DNA from: an uncultured Bacteroidales bacterium
GTDB lineage: Bacteria; Bacteroidota; Bacteroidia; Bacteroidales; Bacteroidaceae
Reading direction: 5' to 3'
DNA: 64,000 nucleotides
Assembly (NCBI GenBank): GCA_902779875.1
Contig: CACZCX010000001.1
Coordinates: forward strand, 10,930-74,929
In this document: piece by piece, positions 34,199 to 44,101 of the stretch
Numbering within the stretch: position 1 is the stretch's first letter
Layout of the letters: every line of letters begins with the position of its first letter
Position numbers and translations under genes: made by a program
The notes under the pieces: model-generated
Database searches by the model: none
The model's input: only the letters and a program-made list of their open reading frames with translations
Told to the model about the DNA's origin: nothing

Positions 34199-34884
34199 AT
34201 GTCCGCCACGTCCAGCCACTCCGAGAATTTCTCGGGGTTCAGGCAATCTTCAACCTTGAATTCACCTACACGGGTGCGCCTTAAGGCTATCAGATGTCCT
34301 CCGCTCTCGAGAGCCTGACCGATGTCACGGGCAAGCGCCCTTATGTATGTTCCCTTGCTGCAGACCACGCGGATGGTTATGTCCGGCAGGTTGCACTCGG
34401 TAAGTTCAATCTCGTCAATGACCAGCGTCTTGGGTTTGAGTTCCACCTCCTGTCCGCCGCGGGCCATCTTGTAGGCGCGCTTGCCATCGACCTTGCAGGC
34501 CGAGAAGGTTGGCGGTACCTGCTCAATCTTTCCCTTGAAACGCTCCAGCACCTGCTCTACCATCTCACGGGTGATATGCTCCGTGGGGTAGGTGGCGTCT
34601 ATCGGTTTTTCAAGGTCGTATGAGGGAGTGGTGGCTCCCAGCCTTATGGTCGCCAGGTACTCCTTTGTTCCCGCCTGCAGCTCGTCTATACGTTTGGTGG
34701 CACGTCCGGTGCATACTATCAGGACTCCGGTGGCCAGAGGGTCGAGAGTGCCGGCATGACCCACCTTGAGTTTCTTGACACCGATGCGGCGGCATATGAG
34801 CCAGCGCACCTTGCCGACCACATCGAACGATGTCCAGCGGTATGGCTTATCGAACGCAAGTATTACTCCTTCCTGGAAATTCAT
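34183..34884 (-). CDS. truB: tRNA pseudouridine(55) synthase
   Basis: KPYRWTSFDVV and GHAGTLDPLATGVL catalytic-Asp motif. Confidence 0.93.
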   Translation of the reverse strand: MNFQEGVILAFDKPYRWTSFDVVGKVRWLICRRIGVKKLKVGHAGTLDPLATGVLIVCTGRATKRIDELQAGTKEYLATIRLGATTPSYDLEKPIDATYPTEHITREMVEQVLERFKGKIEQVPPTFSACKVDGKRAYKMARGGQEVELKPKTLVIDEIELTECNLPDITIRVVCSKGTYIRALARDIGQALESGGHLIALRRTRVGEFKVEDCLNPEKFSEWLDVADIEIEN

Positions 34885-34885
34885 C

Positions 34886-35707
34886 TTACAGGAACAGTAT
34901 GGTTAAGAGTCCAACAACTGCGCAGTAAGCGCCGAACCATATGAGTTTGCCCTTGCGGACTATCTGTATCATCCATTTGCAGGCAGCGCAACCTGACAGG
35001 AAGGCGGCTAGGAAACCTACGGCCAGCACGCCGAATCCGGCAGAGCCTGTCTGTGCGCCGGCACCGGCTGACTCCACCAGGTCCTTCATATCCAGCAGGG
35101 CCTCACCCAGTATTGGCGGTATGACCATGAGGAATGAGAACTGGGCCAGTTTCTCCTTCTTGTCACCGAGCAGGATACCGGTTGCGATGGTGGAGCCTGA
35201 ACGTGATATGCCGGGGAGCACCGCGATGGCCTGTGCTATACCTATTACGAGTGCGTGCCATCCTGATATCTGCTCTCTCTGACGCGGTTTGGCGTAGTAC
35301 GAGAAGGCCAGAAGGGCGGCAGTCACAAGCAGGCAGCATCCAACTACGGTAGTTCCGGAACCGAATATCTGCTCTATGCTGTCCTTGAAGAATACTCCCA
35401 CAATACCCACGGGAATCATGGATATGATTATGTTCACTGCGTAGCGGGTTCCTTCGTTGAGGCCGCTGTAGCTCCTCCATGACTGACGTGTGAACAGGTC
35501 GCGCAGGATCCATGCAATCTCTTTCCAGAGAACTACGATGGTGCTCAGTACGGTAGCCACATGAACCAGCACGGTGAAAGCCAGGTTCTGCTCCCCGTCT
35601 ATCCCGAACAGTGACGAGGCTATGGTAAGATGTCCGCTGCTGCTTATGGGCAGGTATTCGGTCAGACCCTGAAGGAGTCCGAGCAGAAGTGATTCAAACC
35701 AGGTCAT
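34886..35707 (-). CDS. uppP: Undecaprenyl-diphosphate phosphatase
   Basis: [10 protein letters not shown] and [10 protein letters not shown] motifs. 273 aa polytopic. Confidence 0.93.
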   Translation of the reverse strand: MTWFESLLLGLLQGLTEYLPISSSGHLTIASSLFGIDGEQNLAFTVLVHVATVLSTIVVLWKEIAWILRDLFTRQSWRSYSGLNEGTRYAVNIIISMIPVGIVGVFFKDSIEQIFGSGTTVVGCCLLVTAALLAFSYYAKPRQREQISGWHALVIGIAQAIAVLPGISRSGSTIATGILLGDKKEKLAQFSFLMVIPPILGEALLDMKDLVESAGAGAQTGSAGFGVLAVGFLAAFLSGCAACKWMIQIVRKGKLIWFGAYCAVVGLLTILFL

Positions 35708-35949
35708 TATTCAGCGTCCTCCTTTTCGTTCTTGGGTTTGTATACGATAGCGGCAATGATGGTCAGGAATCCTATCAGTGTCACGACAGGAGCGACCTTG
35801 ATGCGTCGTACGCTGAATATATCGGTCTCAAAGAGTTCCTCGGTACAGTTCGGACCGGTCATGAGAAGCAGTCCGATGATGATGATTGCCATTCCGACAG
35901 CAGTCAGGATGTAGTTGGTTTTGGTGAAAGCGAATTTTTTCTTGTCCAT
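35707..35949 (-). CDS. Small membrane protein, DUF3098-like
   Basis: 80 aa with two hydrophobic helices. It occupies the position between ftsX and uppP that I recall as conserved in Bacteroidetes. Confidence 0.6.
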   Translation of the reverse strand: MDKKKFAFTKTNYILTAVGMAIIIIGLLLMTGPNCTEELFETDIFSVRRIKVAPVVTLIGFLTIIAAIVYKPKNEKEDAE

Positions 35950-35964
35950 ATTGCGGATTTTAAG

Positions 35965-36837
35965 TTATACGTAATGAAGTTCTCCCGATTTCATGCGCAG
36001 GAAACGGTTTACCGAATGCAGGGCGCAGATTCCAGTTATGAGCAGGCCGATGAATGTAACCACTGCAAATACGGGTACGATGATCCTGGGTTCCGAAAGC
36101 ATGACGAGCCAGGGCTGGTATTTGAGTCCGATCCTGATTCCGTACCAGATCATGATGCAGGTAAGCAGGGCCGATACAAGACCGATGCCCAGGTTCCTCC
36201 TCAGGAACGGCTTGCGTATGAATGACCACTTGGCACCCACCAGTTTCATGGAGTAGAGTATGAAACGCTGTGAGTAGATGGTCAGTTTGATGGTGTTGTT
36301 GATCAGGGTGAAAGATACCAGTGACAGGATCACAGCCAGTATGAGCAGAATCCCGGCAACCTTGCGGATGTTGCTGTTTATTATTTCCAGCAGGTCTTTC
36401 TGCCATGTCACCTCACGCACGCCCTCCTTGGCGGCTATCTTCTGCTCTATGAGCCTCAGGCTGTCGCTGCAGGCGTAATCGGCCTCCAGACGTACGTTGA
36501 GCGAAGCGTAGAAAGGATTGTACTCCAGGAACTGCGAGGGGTCGGTACCCATGGCCTTGGTCATATCCCTGAGGGCGTCCTCCTTGGATATGTACGAGCA
36601 GGCGGCGCAGTAGGGCGATGCCTCGATGCTGCGTCTGAGAGCCGAGAACTGCGTGTCGGTGATGCTCTCCTTGAGTATGACCTCCACGGTCATCTCCTGC
36701 TTGAGCTGACGTGACAGGTCACCGGCGGTGAGCAGCAGCAGTGCCACGATTCCAATGAGCAGCAGTACGAGTGACGTGCTGATGCATGCTGTGATGAACA
36801 GCAGGTCGATCTTTCTCTTTTTCTTCTGTTTAACCAT
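35965..36837 (-). CDS. ftsX: Cell division protein FtsX-like permease
   Basis: Basic N-terminus, TM1, a large extracytoplasmic loop, then three C-terminal TM helices. The ATG at 36837 lies 1 nt after the upstream stop, whereas the longest-ORF start at 36870 overlaps it by 32 nt. Confidence 0.7.
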   Translation of the reverse strand: MVKQKKKRKIDLLFITACISTSLVLLLIGIVALLLLTAGDLSRQLKQEMTVEVILKESITDTQFSALRRSIEASPYCAACSYISKEDALRDMTKAMGTDPSQFLEYNPFYASLNVRLEADYACSDSLRLIEQKIAAKEGVREVTWQKDLLEIINSNIRKVAGILLILAVILSLVSFTLINNTIKLTIYSQRFILYSMKLVGAKWSFIRKPFLRRNLGIGLVSALLTCIMIWYGIRIGLKYQPWLVMLSEPRIIVPVFAVVTFIGLLITGICALHSVNRFLRMKSGELHYV

Positions 36838-36838
36838 C

Positions 36839-37747
36839 TTATTCTGTTTCTTGCCTTTTTCTGAATACATAGACGAGCGAGCTGCTCTTGCCGCGCTTGC
36901 TCAGTGAAACCAGCCACGAATGGAGTCCGTACAGGAAACCGCGTATGAATGCCAGCTTATGTCTCATCTGTTTCTCCGACAGGATGGAGATGTAGAAACT
37001 GTCAAACGGCATTGACTCGTGATGCATGAGCGTGAAGCCGTGCTTGTGGACCAGGTTGCAGAGGGAGGTGGGACTGAAGTGCCACAGATGCCTGGGCACG
37101 TCATAGGCAGCCCAATAGGGTCCGTAGTGCATGGCATCGGTCGAACATATATTCGGGCAGGCCATCACCAGTATGCCACCCGGACGCAGCAACTCGTAGA
37201 AACGGTCCAGCAGCTTGTCGGGGTGAGGGTTGTGCTCGAACACGTGCCACAGCGTTATGACATCGAAAGTACCGGGACGGAGTTTGTCCATCTCGTTGAG
37301 GTCAATCATGCGGTGGTGGAACATCTCGAGCGAGAACTGCCTCTCCTCATGGTATTTCTCTACCGATATCACCTTCCAGCCGCGGCGCTCCATCCTGTGT
37401 GAGAAGAATCCCGTCTTGGCGCCGTAGTTGAGCAGCGTGCCGGCGGTGCGGTATGACTGTGACTCCACGATCTTGGCCTTGCGCCCCAGCATGTATGACC
37501 TCACGCGGTAATAGAGCCTGCCTATAAGTCCCGATGGAGAGTCTCCCAGTTTGAGTTTCAGGCCCAGCTTGTCATATTGCGACATGTCCTCCTGCGACGG
37601 GGGGTCGAGTGTGTAGACCATACCGCATGAGGGGCACCGCATGAGCGTGTAGTGCTCCTTGCTTACGGTATAATCAGTGCATCCTGCATAGGGAATCTGT
37701 CCCGACGCACCACATAACGGACAAGGCTTGAACTCCTGATATTTCAT
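36839..37747 (-). CDS. Class I SAM-dependent methyltransferase with an N-terminal zinc ribbon
   Basis: CPLCG...CPSCG ribbon, then a methyltransferase core (LLNYGAKTG, LRPGGILVMACPN). I chose the ATG at 37747 over the GTG at 37768. Confidence 0.7.
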   Translation of the reverse strand: MKYQEFKPCPLCGASGQIPYAGCTDYTVSKEHYTLMRCPSCGMVYTLDPPSQEDMSQYDKLGLKLKLGDSPSGLIGRLYYRVRSYMLGRKAKIVESQSYRTAGTLLNYGAKTGFFSHRMERRGWKVISVEKYHEERQFSLEMFHHRMIDLNEMDKLRPGTFDVITLWHVFEHNPHPDKLLDRFYELLRPGGILVMACPNICSTDAMHYGPYWAAYDVPRHLWHFSPTSLCNLVHKHGFTLMHHESMPFDSFYISILSEKQMRHKLAFIRGFLYGLHSWLVSLSKRGKSSSLVYVFRKRQETE

Positions 37748-37803
37748 TCTTGGCGGAACCCCGCGCACATCATATACGCACGCAATGTGCGCGTGGAGAG
37801 TCG

Positions 37804-37811
37804 CAAAGATA
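37804..37811 (-). promoter_or_regulatory. -7 promoter box (TATCTTTG) for the methyltransferase-ftsX...truB string
   Basis: Exact TAnnTTTG on the minus strand upstream of 37747. Confidence 0.45.
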
Positions 37812-37862
37812 ATACCTCACACCACCTCTTGTCAAGTCTTTTAAGCTTTTTTTTTACAATAG

Positions 37863-37935
37863 GAACCGTCCCTAATGTGTTAGTTTTGCCGGAAAACTGC
37901 AACATTAGGGACGGTTCTTAATGTTGCAGTTTTTT
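37863..37935. terminator. Compound hairpin region downstream of miaB (two mutually exclusive stems, U-runs on both strands)
   Basis: The 16-bp stem 37863-37878/37902-37917 competes with the 10-bp stem 37897-37906/37920-37929. The latter is followed by TTTT on the minus strand and TTTTTT on the plus strand. Confidence 0.6.
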
Positions 37936-39263
37936 CAGATTTCGGTACCGAAAAGAGTTGCGGAGGTGGCGTCAGTGATTCTGACTGTAAGGAAATCTCC
38001 CGGTCGGTGGTTGCCCTTGTCGAACACCACGGTGCGGTTCTGTTCGGTACGTCCGTAGAGCTGCTCGCGGGAGCGTTTGGAATAACCCTCGGCCAGCACC
38101 TCATACTCATGGCCGATGCACTCACGGTTGCGTTCCAGTGAGAGCTCGTTCTGCAGTGCGATCATCTCGTTGAGACGGCGGATCTTGACCTCCTCGGGCA
38201 CGTCATCGGGCAGATGCTTGCTGGCGTAGGTGCCGGGACGCTCGGAGTAGCGGAACATGAACGAGGCGTCATAACGGCACAGGCGCATGAGTGAGAGGCT
38301 CTCCTCATGATCCTCCTCAGTCTCAGAGTGATAGCCGGTGAACATATCGGTGGTAAGACCGCAGTCGGGTATGATGCGCTTGATTGCGTCGACACGCTCC
38401 AGATACCACTCTCGGGTATATTTGCGGTTCATGAGCTTGAGTATGCGGGAGCTTCCGCTCTGTACCGGCAGGTGTATGTGACGGCATATATTGGGGACCT
38501 CCGCAATCACGTTAAGGGTCTCGTCACTCATGTCCTTGGGGTGTGAAGTGGTGAACCTGACCCTCATCTGGGGAACAGCCTCGGCCACCATTCTCAACAG
38601 CTGCGGGAATCCTACCGTGACTCCGTCGCTTTCAAACCTGTAAGAGTTCACATTCTGACCGAGCAGCGTGACCTCTTTGTAACCTTTTTTCTTAAGGTCC
38701 AGAACCTCGTTGAGAATGCTCTGCGGGTCACGGCTGCGCTCGCGTCCGCGGGTGTAAGGCACGATGCAGTAGTGGCAGAAATTGTTGCAGCCTCTCATTA
38801 TCGATACGAATCCGCTTATGCGGTTGCCGCATATGCGCTCCGGAAGGATGTCTCGGTAAGTCTCGGTAGTGGAGAGCTCCACATCCATGGCCTTGTGGCC
38901 GGCCTCCACCTGAGCCATCAGGTCGGGCAGGGAGAGGTAGGCGTCGGGACCGCACACCACATCAACGTGGTGGTTGTCGGTAAGATCCTCCTTTGTACGC
39001 TCCGCCATACATCCCATTACTCCGATGAACAGGCGGTTTTTCTTCTTTTTCATGGCGTAAAGAGCATCCAGGCGGTTCCATATCTTCTGCTCGGCGTTCT
39101 CACGTATGGAACAGGTGTTCAGGAATATGGCATCAGCCTCATCGATATTGTCGGTGGGCTCGTATCCTGCCATGCGCATGATTGATGCAATAACCTCGCT
39201 GTCGGCCACGTTCATCTGGCAGCCGTAAGTCTCAATGAACAGTTTCTTTGTGCTCTCTTCCAT
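37935..39263 (-). CDS. miaB: tRNA-2-methylthio-N6-dimethylallyladenosine synthase (radical SAM methylthiotransferase)
   Basis: ETYGCQMN, radical-SAM CNNFCHYCIVPYTRG, and a C-terminal TRAM domain. Confidence 0.93.
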   Translation of the reverse strand: MEESTKKLFIETYGCQMNVADSEVIASIMRMAGYEPTDNIDEADAIFLNTCSIRENAEQKIWNRLDALYAMKKKKNRLFIGVMGCMAERTKEDLTDNHHVDVVCGPDAYLSLPDLMAQVEAGHKAMDVELSTTETYRDILPERICGNRISGFVSIMRGCNNFCHYCIVPYTRGRERSRDPQSILNEVLDLKKKGYKEVTLLGQNVNSYRFESDGVTVGFPQLLRMVAEAVPQMRVRFTTSHPKDMSDETLNVIAEVPNICRHIHLPVQSGSSRILKLMNRKYTREWYLERVDAIKRIIPDCGLTTDMFTGYHSETEEDHEESLSLMRLCRYDASFMFRYSERPGTYASKHLPDDVPEEVKIRRLNEMIALQNELSLERNRECIGHEYEVLAEGYSKRSREQLYGRTEQNRTVVFDKGNHRPGDFLTVRITDATSATLFGTEI

Positions 39264-39283
39264 ACTGATTTATGTTTCGGCCG

Positions 39284-39291
39284 CAAAGTTA
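39284..39291 (-). promoter_or_regulatory. -7 promoter box (TAACTTTG) for miaB
   Basis: Exact TAnnTTTG on the minus strand 21 nt upstream of the ATG at 39263. Confidence 0.5.
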
Positions 39292-39440
39292 CTCATTTTC
39301 TGTCATAACCCGAATTACGGGGCCTTGGTCTTGTTTTTATTTAAGGTATTGATTAATTTTGCGCGGTTTTTAAGGAGGGGGCACTCTGGCCCGTCCGCAC
39401 CCGAACAGATTGATTCAAACAAGTTTATAAATATCGCACA

Positions 39441-40922
39441 ATGGCATTCAAGAGAATCACAGCTGCTGAGGCAGCGCGTTTCGTCAAGAACGGTGACAAC
39501 GTAGGTCTGAGCGGATTCACACCCGCCGGTACCCCTAAGGCTGTCATCCACGAGGTAGGATTAATGGCCCATGAACTGCATGAGCAGGGCCAGGAGTTTC
39601 AGATCAGCCTGTTTACCGGCGCTTCGACCGGTGATTCATGTGACGGCATCCTGTCACGTGAGCACGCTCTCCGTTTCCGTGCCCCTTACACCACGAACAA
39701 GGACTTCCGCACAGCAGTAAACAGCGGTGAGATTGCCTACACCGACATCAACCTGAGCCACATGGCACAGGAGATGCGTTACGGTTTCTACGGCAAGCTC
39801 AACATAGCCATCATGGAGGCTTTCGATGTGACCGATGACGGCAAGATCTGGGTAACCGCCGGTGTAGGTATCGCTCCTACCGTAGCCCGTCTGGCCGATA
39901 AGGTCATCATCGAGATCAACGCAGCCCACTCACGCTGCGCCAAGGGCCTGCATGACATCTACGAACCCGCAGATCCCCCTTACCGTCGTGAGATTCCCAT
40001 CTACAAGCCCAGCGACCATATCGGCAAGGACTACATTCAGGTAGACCCCGCCAAGATCATCGGCGTTGTAGAGGTTAACATACCCGATGAGGCCCGCGGA
40101 TTCAACGCTCCCGATGAGACCACCCTCAAGATCGGTCATAACGTGGCGCAGTTCCTTATCAGCGACCTCAAACGCGGCATCATTCCTTCAAGTTTCCTGC
40201 CTCTGCAGAGCGGTGTAGGTAACGTAGCCAACGCTGTGCTGGGTGCACTTGGCGAGGATCCTTCAGTTCCCGCCTTCGAGATGTACACCGAGGTTATCCA
40301 GGACTCAGTGATTGACCTTATGCGCAAGGGATTCTGCAAGTTCGGTTCAAGCTCGTCACTGAGCGTGAGCAACGAGACCCTGCAGGGCATCTATGAGGAT
40401 ATGGATTTCTTCAAGGACAAGCTGGTTCTCCGTCCTACCGAGATATCTAACAGCCCTGAGGTGGCCCGTCGTCTTGGCCTTATAGCCATGAACACAGCCC
40501 TTGAGGCCGATATCTACGGAAACGTGAACTCAACACATGTAAGCGGTGTCAAGATGATGAACGGTGTGGGCGGTTCAGCTGACTTTACCCGTAACGCCTT
40601 CATCTCCATATTCAGCTGCCCCTCTGTAGCCAAGGGTGGCAAGATCAGCGCCATCGTTCCCATGTGTACTCACGTGGACCACAACGAGCATAGCGTGAAG
40701 GTGCTCATCACCGAGCAGGGTATAGCCGACCTGCGCGGCAAGTCACCTGCCCAGCGCGCCAAGTGCATCATCGAGAACTGTGTTCATCCCGACTACAAGC
40801 AGCTCATGTGGGATTACCTCAAGATTGCTGAGAAGGGCCAGACCAGTCACGCACTGAGCAAGGCGTTTGCCCTGCATCAGGCTCTCGCCGAGAAGGGCGA
40901 CATGCATCTTGCAGAATTCTAA
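39441..40922 (+). CDS. Acetyl-CoA hydrolase/transferase family protein (ScpC/YgfH-like succinate CoA-transferase)
   Basis: The N-terminus ITAAEAARFVKNGDNVGLSGFTPAGTPKA closely resembles the ScpC/YgfH N-terminus. 493 aa. Confidence 0.85.
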   Translation: MAFKRITAAEAARFVKNGDNVGLSGFTPAGTPKAVIHEVGLMAHELHEQGQEFQISLFTGASTGDSCDGILSREHALRFRAPYTTNKDFRTAVNSGEIAYTDINLSHMAQEMRYGFYGKLNIAIMEAFDVTDDGKIWVTAGVGIAPTVARLADKVIIEINAAHSRCAKGLHDIYEPADPPYRREIPIYKPSDHIGKDYIQVDPAKIIGVVEVNIPDEARGFNAPDETTLKIGHNVAQFLISDLKRGIIPSSFLPLQSGVGNVANAVLGALGEDPSVPAFEMYTEVIQDSVIDLMRKGFCKFGSSSSLSVSNETLQGIYEDMDFFKDKLVLRPTEISNSPEVARRLGLIAMNTALEADIYGNVNSTHVSGVKMMNGVGGSADFTRNAFISIFSCPSVAKGGKISAIVPMCTHVDHNEHSVKVLITEQGIADLRGKSPAQRAKCIIENCVHPDYKQLMWDYLKIAEKGQTSHALSKAFALHQALAEKGDMHLAEF

Positions 40923-43066
40923 GACTTGAATTTTTCTACGACCTCCAGGATTTCAGGGCCGAACTGCTTCCACTTGGCGGGGCCGAAACCGGTGACCTCC
41001 AGCAGTTCCTCCCTGGTCGTGGGGCAGGTGTCGGCAATCTCCAGCAGGGTACGCTGGGTGAGCACGTAGTACGCCGGGATATTGAGCGTCATGTATTTCT
41101 CCGTGCGCCACTCGGTGAGCGGCTCGATCAGCTCGGGATGACGTATGCCGGCATAAATCTGTGATATGTCAGGCTTGACCTTAGGTGCCTTCTCGCGAGG
41201 AGCCTTGGCGGCTTTCTGCTTCTTGTCCAGCTTGGACGGCGGCGTGAGCAGCACGTCATTGCGGATCTTGAGGAATGACTCGATACTGAACCCGCTCTCC
41301 AGTATGGACTTCATGCTCCTTATCCTGAGCGAGAGCTCGGGCAGCAGCTCCCCCTGCGCCTCGGTGAGGCTCTTCTTGACCTCCTTGTTATCGACCGATA
41401 CGGACATGATGGGTGTCACGACCGATGCCGACTCGATGAGGATAGGTAGGAAATATCCGGCTGCCTTCTGTACCCTCTCGTCCAGATGTGCCCGGTCATC
41501 GGCCCCTATACTGTCTATCTCGCGCCGGAACGCACTTGCCACCTTGGCTATGTCACGCATACGGCAGCGGTTCTCCTCCAGCCTGTCGGTCTGCTCGGGG
41601 TAGGTGTTCTTGAGATGCGAGCGGAACAGCCCCTGCGCCCAGCCGCTTAGCCTCTCCAGTTCGCCGAACGAGAAACAATCCTTGAGGATGTTCAGGTAAT
41701 ACTCCTTGGCAGCCTGTTCCAACCCCCTCTCCATCTCGCTTACAGGCTTGAACTCATCGTGGAATCCGGATACATCGGTGTTGTTATAGAGGCAGGACTG
41801 CGATATGGGACTGCTCAGCACTATGCCTTCAAGCGTGCGGCAACGCGAAAGCGCCACATAAACCTGTCCGAAACTGAAGGCCGATGCCGCATCGATTATG
41901 ACATGGTCAAACGTCAGGCCCTGGCTCTTGTGTATGGTTACGGCCCATGCCGTACGGAGCGGGTACTGCGTGAAGGTGCCCTCCACGATGGGCGTGATCT
42001 CCTTGGTCTCCTTGTCAATCTCGTACTGTATGTTCTCCCACTTCTCCTTGGGGACTTTTATCTCCACCCCGTTCTCATCGGTCACGGTTATACCCTCGTA
42101 GTCATCGATCGATGTAATGGTGCCTATCTTGCCGTTGTAATACCGGCCCTCGCGCGAGTCGTTCCTGAGGAACATGACCTGTGCACCCTCCTTGAGTTCG
42201 AGCCGCTCCTCGGCGGGGTATGAGTTCTCCGGGAAGTTGCCCTCTATCTCAGCGTAGAAAATCCTGAGTTGTGACTCCAGCGCGTTGAGCTTATGCTGGT
42301 TTATGTTATCGGCCTGACGGTTATGGGTGGTCAGACGGATCCATTTGCCCGAACCGTCCGATGCAGTATCGACCGGGTCAAACCGCGGGTCCAGGCGGCT
42401 GTTGAGCATGCGGTAGGTGCTGTCATCCATCATGCCTCCGCGTATAGTGTTGAGAATATTCAGGAACGTGCTGTCGGACTGGCGGTAAACGGTCTCGAGC
42501 TCCACGGTCACGTAACGGAGCCTCTGCATGACCTTGGAGTGGAAAAAGAAAGGAGACTGATACACCTTACGCAGCCATGGCTCCTCCTGGTCCGTTACCA
42601 CAGGCGGGAGCTGGTGCGCATCGCCTATCATAAGCACCTGCACCCCTCCGAACGGCTCGTCGGAGCGACGGTATCGGCGCAACACAGCATCGATGGAATC
42701 CATGAGGTCGGCCCTCACCATCGAAATCTCATCTATGATCAGGAGGTCAAGCGTCCTTATTATCTTGACCTTCTCTTTCTTGAGCTGACGCCTGGCCTCA
42801 GGCATCTGGTATTCAGTTATGAGTTCCTTTACATCGGGCAGATAGGGGCAGAGCGGCAGCTGGAAGAACGAATGGATGGTCACTCCGCCTGCGTTGATTG
42901 CGGCCACACCGGTAGGAGCGAGGACCACGCACCGTTTGGGCGTGTTCTCCACTATATATTTAAGGAATGTGGTTTTGCCGGTTCCGGCTCTTCCTGTCAG
43001 AAAGACCGATATCCCCGTCCTGGAGATATAGCTTTCAGCCAGTTCAAACAGATGGTCTTTTTTCAT
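40919..43066 (-). CDS. Pif1/RecD-like SF1 helicase with a C-terminal HRDC domain
   Basis: Walker A GRAGTGKTT, DEISMV, GDAHQLPPV and TIHKSQGLTFD. C-terminal HRDC-like YYVLTQRTLLEIA...GFGPAKWKQFG. I chose the ATG at 43066 because a TACATTTG box lies inside the longer ORF. Confidence 0.85.
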   Translation of the reverse strand: MKKDHLFELAESYISRTGISVFLTGRAGTGKTTFLKYIVENTPKRCVVLAPTGVAAINAGGVTIHSFFQLPLCPYLPDVKELITEYQMPEARRQLKKEKVKIIRTLDLLIIDEISMVRADLMDSIDAVLRRYRRSDEPFGGVQVLMIGDAHQLPPVVTDQEEPWLRKVYQSPFFFHSKVMQRLRYVTVELETVYRQSDSTFLNILNTIRGGMMDDSTYRMLNSRLDPRFDPVDTASDGSGKWIRLTTHNRQADNINQHKLNALESQLRIFYAEIEGNFPENSYPAEERLELKEGAQVMFLRNDSREGRYYNGKIGTITSIDDYEGITVTDENGVEIKVPKEKWENIQYEIDKETKEITPIVEGTFTQYPLRTAWAVTIHKSQGLTFDHVIIDAASAFSFGQVYVALSRCRTLEGIVLSSPISQSCLYNNTDVSGFHDEFKPVSEMERGLEQAAKEYYLNILKDCFSFGELERLSGWAQGLFRSHLKNTYPEQTDRLEENRCRMRDIAKVASAFRREIDSIGADDRAHLDERVQKAAGYFLPILIESASVVTPIMSVSVDNKEVKKSLTEAQGELLPELSLRIRSMKSILESGFSIESFLKIRNDVLLTPPSKLDKKQKAAKAPREKAPKVKPDISQIYAGIRHPELIEPLTEWRTEKYMTLNIPAYYVLTQRTLLEIADTCPTTREELLEVTGFGPAKWKQFGPEILEVVEKFKS

Positions 43067-43095
43067 AGTATTTTCTTTTAGATTAGTCATATGCA

Positions 43096-43103
43096 CAAAT
43101 GTA
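43096..43103 (-). promoter_or_regulatory. -7 promoter box (TACATTTG) for the helicase gene
   Basis: Exact TAnnTTTG on the minus strand 30 nt upstream of the ATG at 43066. Confidence 0.45.
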
Positions 43104-43204
43104 TGCATAAAAACTGACAAAACGAAATAATATCGGTAAACAGCTCCTGTTGGCCCTGGAATATTAAAATATGTTAATCGTATTGCACATAAAAAAAGTC
43201 GCCA

Positions 43205-43212
43205 TATCTTTG
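43205..43212 (+). promoter_or_regulatory. -7 promoter box (TATCTTTG) for the ABC/GntR operon
   Basis: Exact TAnnTTTG 47 nt upstream of the ATG at 43259. Confidence 0.45.
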
Positions 43213-43258
43213 CAGTGTCTTAGTGAAGTAATACACCGACAAACAAAACAGAAAGATT

Positions 43259-44089
43259 ATGATTACGATTGACAAACTAGGTTTCAGTTACGGATCCTAC
43301 GTTGTATTGAAAGACATTTCAATGAAACTGGAGGAGGGCCGCATCTACGGACTCCTTGGAGAAAACGGAGTCGGAAAGACCACTCTGCTCACCTTGCTTG
43401 CAGGTCTGAAGAAAAACATGGAAGGTTCTTTGGACATAGACGGTTATAACCCGTTTGACCGCAAACCGTCATTCCTTTCATCAGTTTACTATCTGCCCGA
43501 TGAAGTTCCGGCACCTAAGCGTACCGCGATAGAGTTCGGAAGAGACAAGGGCAAGTACTGGGAGAATTTTGACATCAATAAGTACCGTGAGGTCCTCAAG
43601 GTGTTCGATATAAACGAGAACATGCGTATGGACCATATGTCATACGGCCAGCTTAAGAAGACCTACATAAGTTTCTCCCTGGCATGCAACACCAAGTACC
43701 TTCTGATGGATGAGCCCACGAACGGACTTGACATCCCCTCAAAGGGTCAGTTCCGCAAGGCTGTCAGCAAGTACACCCGCGAGGATTCGACCCTGGTCAT
43801 ATCGACCCATCAGGCACGTGACCTTGAGGCCATCATCGACCCCATCATCATTCTGGACCACGCTGACGTTCTGCTCAACGCCTCTGTCCAGGAGATATCG
43901 GAGAAGCTCTATTTTGACTACACATCGACAGTAGCCGATCCTGAGGCCCTCTATTCGGAGATGGTTCCGGGCGGTAACATCCAGGTCCTGGTCAACACGA
44001 CAGGCAGTGAGAGTAAGGTCAACATAGAGGCGCTGTTCAGCGCAATACTGCTCCATAAGGGGGTGATAAAGAACATGTTCAACAAATAA
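43259..44089 (+). CDS. ABC transporter ATP-binding protein
   Basis: Walker A GENGVGKTT, signature SYGQLKK, Walker B LLMDEPTNGLD. Confidence 0.9.
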   Translation: MITIDKLGFSYGSYVVLKDISMKLEEGRIYGLLGENGVGKTTLLTLLAGLKKNMEGSLDIDGYNPFDRKPSFLSSVYYLPDEVPAPKRTAIEFGRDKGKYWENFDINKYREVLKVFDINENMRMDHMSYGQLKKTYISFSLACNTKYLLMDEPTNGLDIPSKGQFRKAVSKYTREDSTLVISTHQARDLEAIIDPIIILDHADVLLNASVQEISEKLYFDYTSTVADPEALYSEMVPGGNIQVLVNTTGSESKVNIEALFSAILLHKGVIKNMFNK

Positions 44090-44101
44090 ACTGTTACGGC
44101 T

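Noticed and set aside
42293-43081. A 262-aa plus-strand ORF and other long antisense ORFs (for example 17030-17611, 21030-21569, 22934-23551, 60024-60608)
   Set aside because: Each lies wholly inside, and antisense to, a gene with clear family motifs. None has an upstream promoter box or a recognisable domain.
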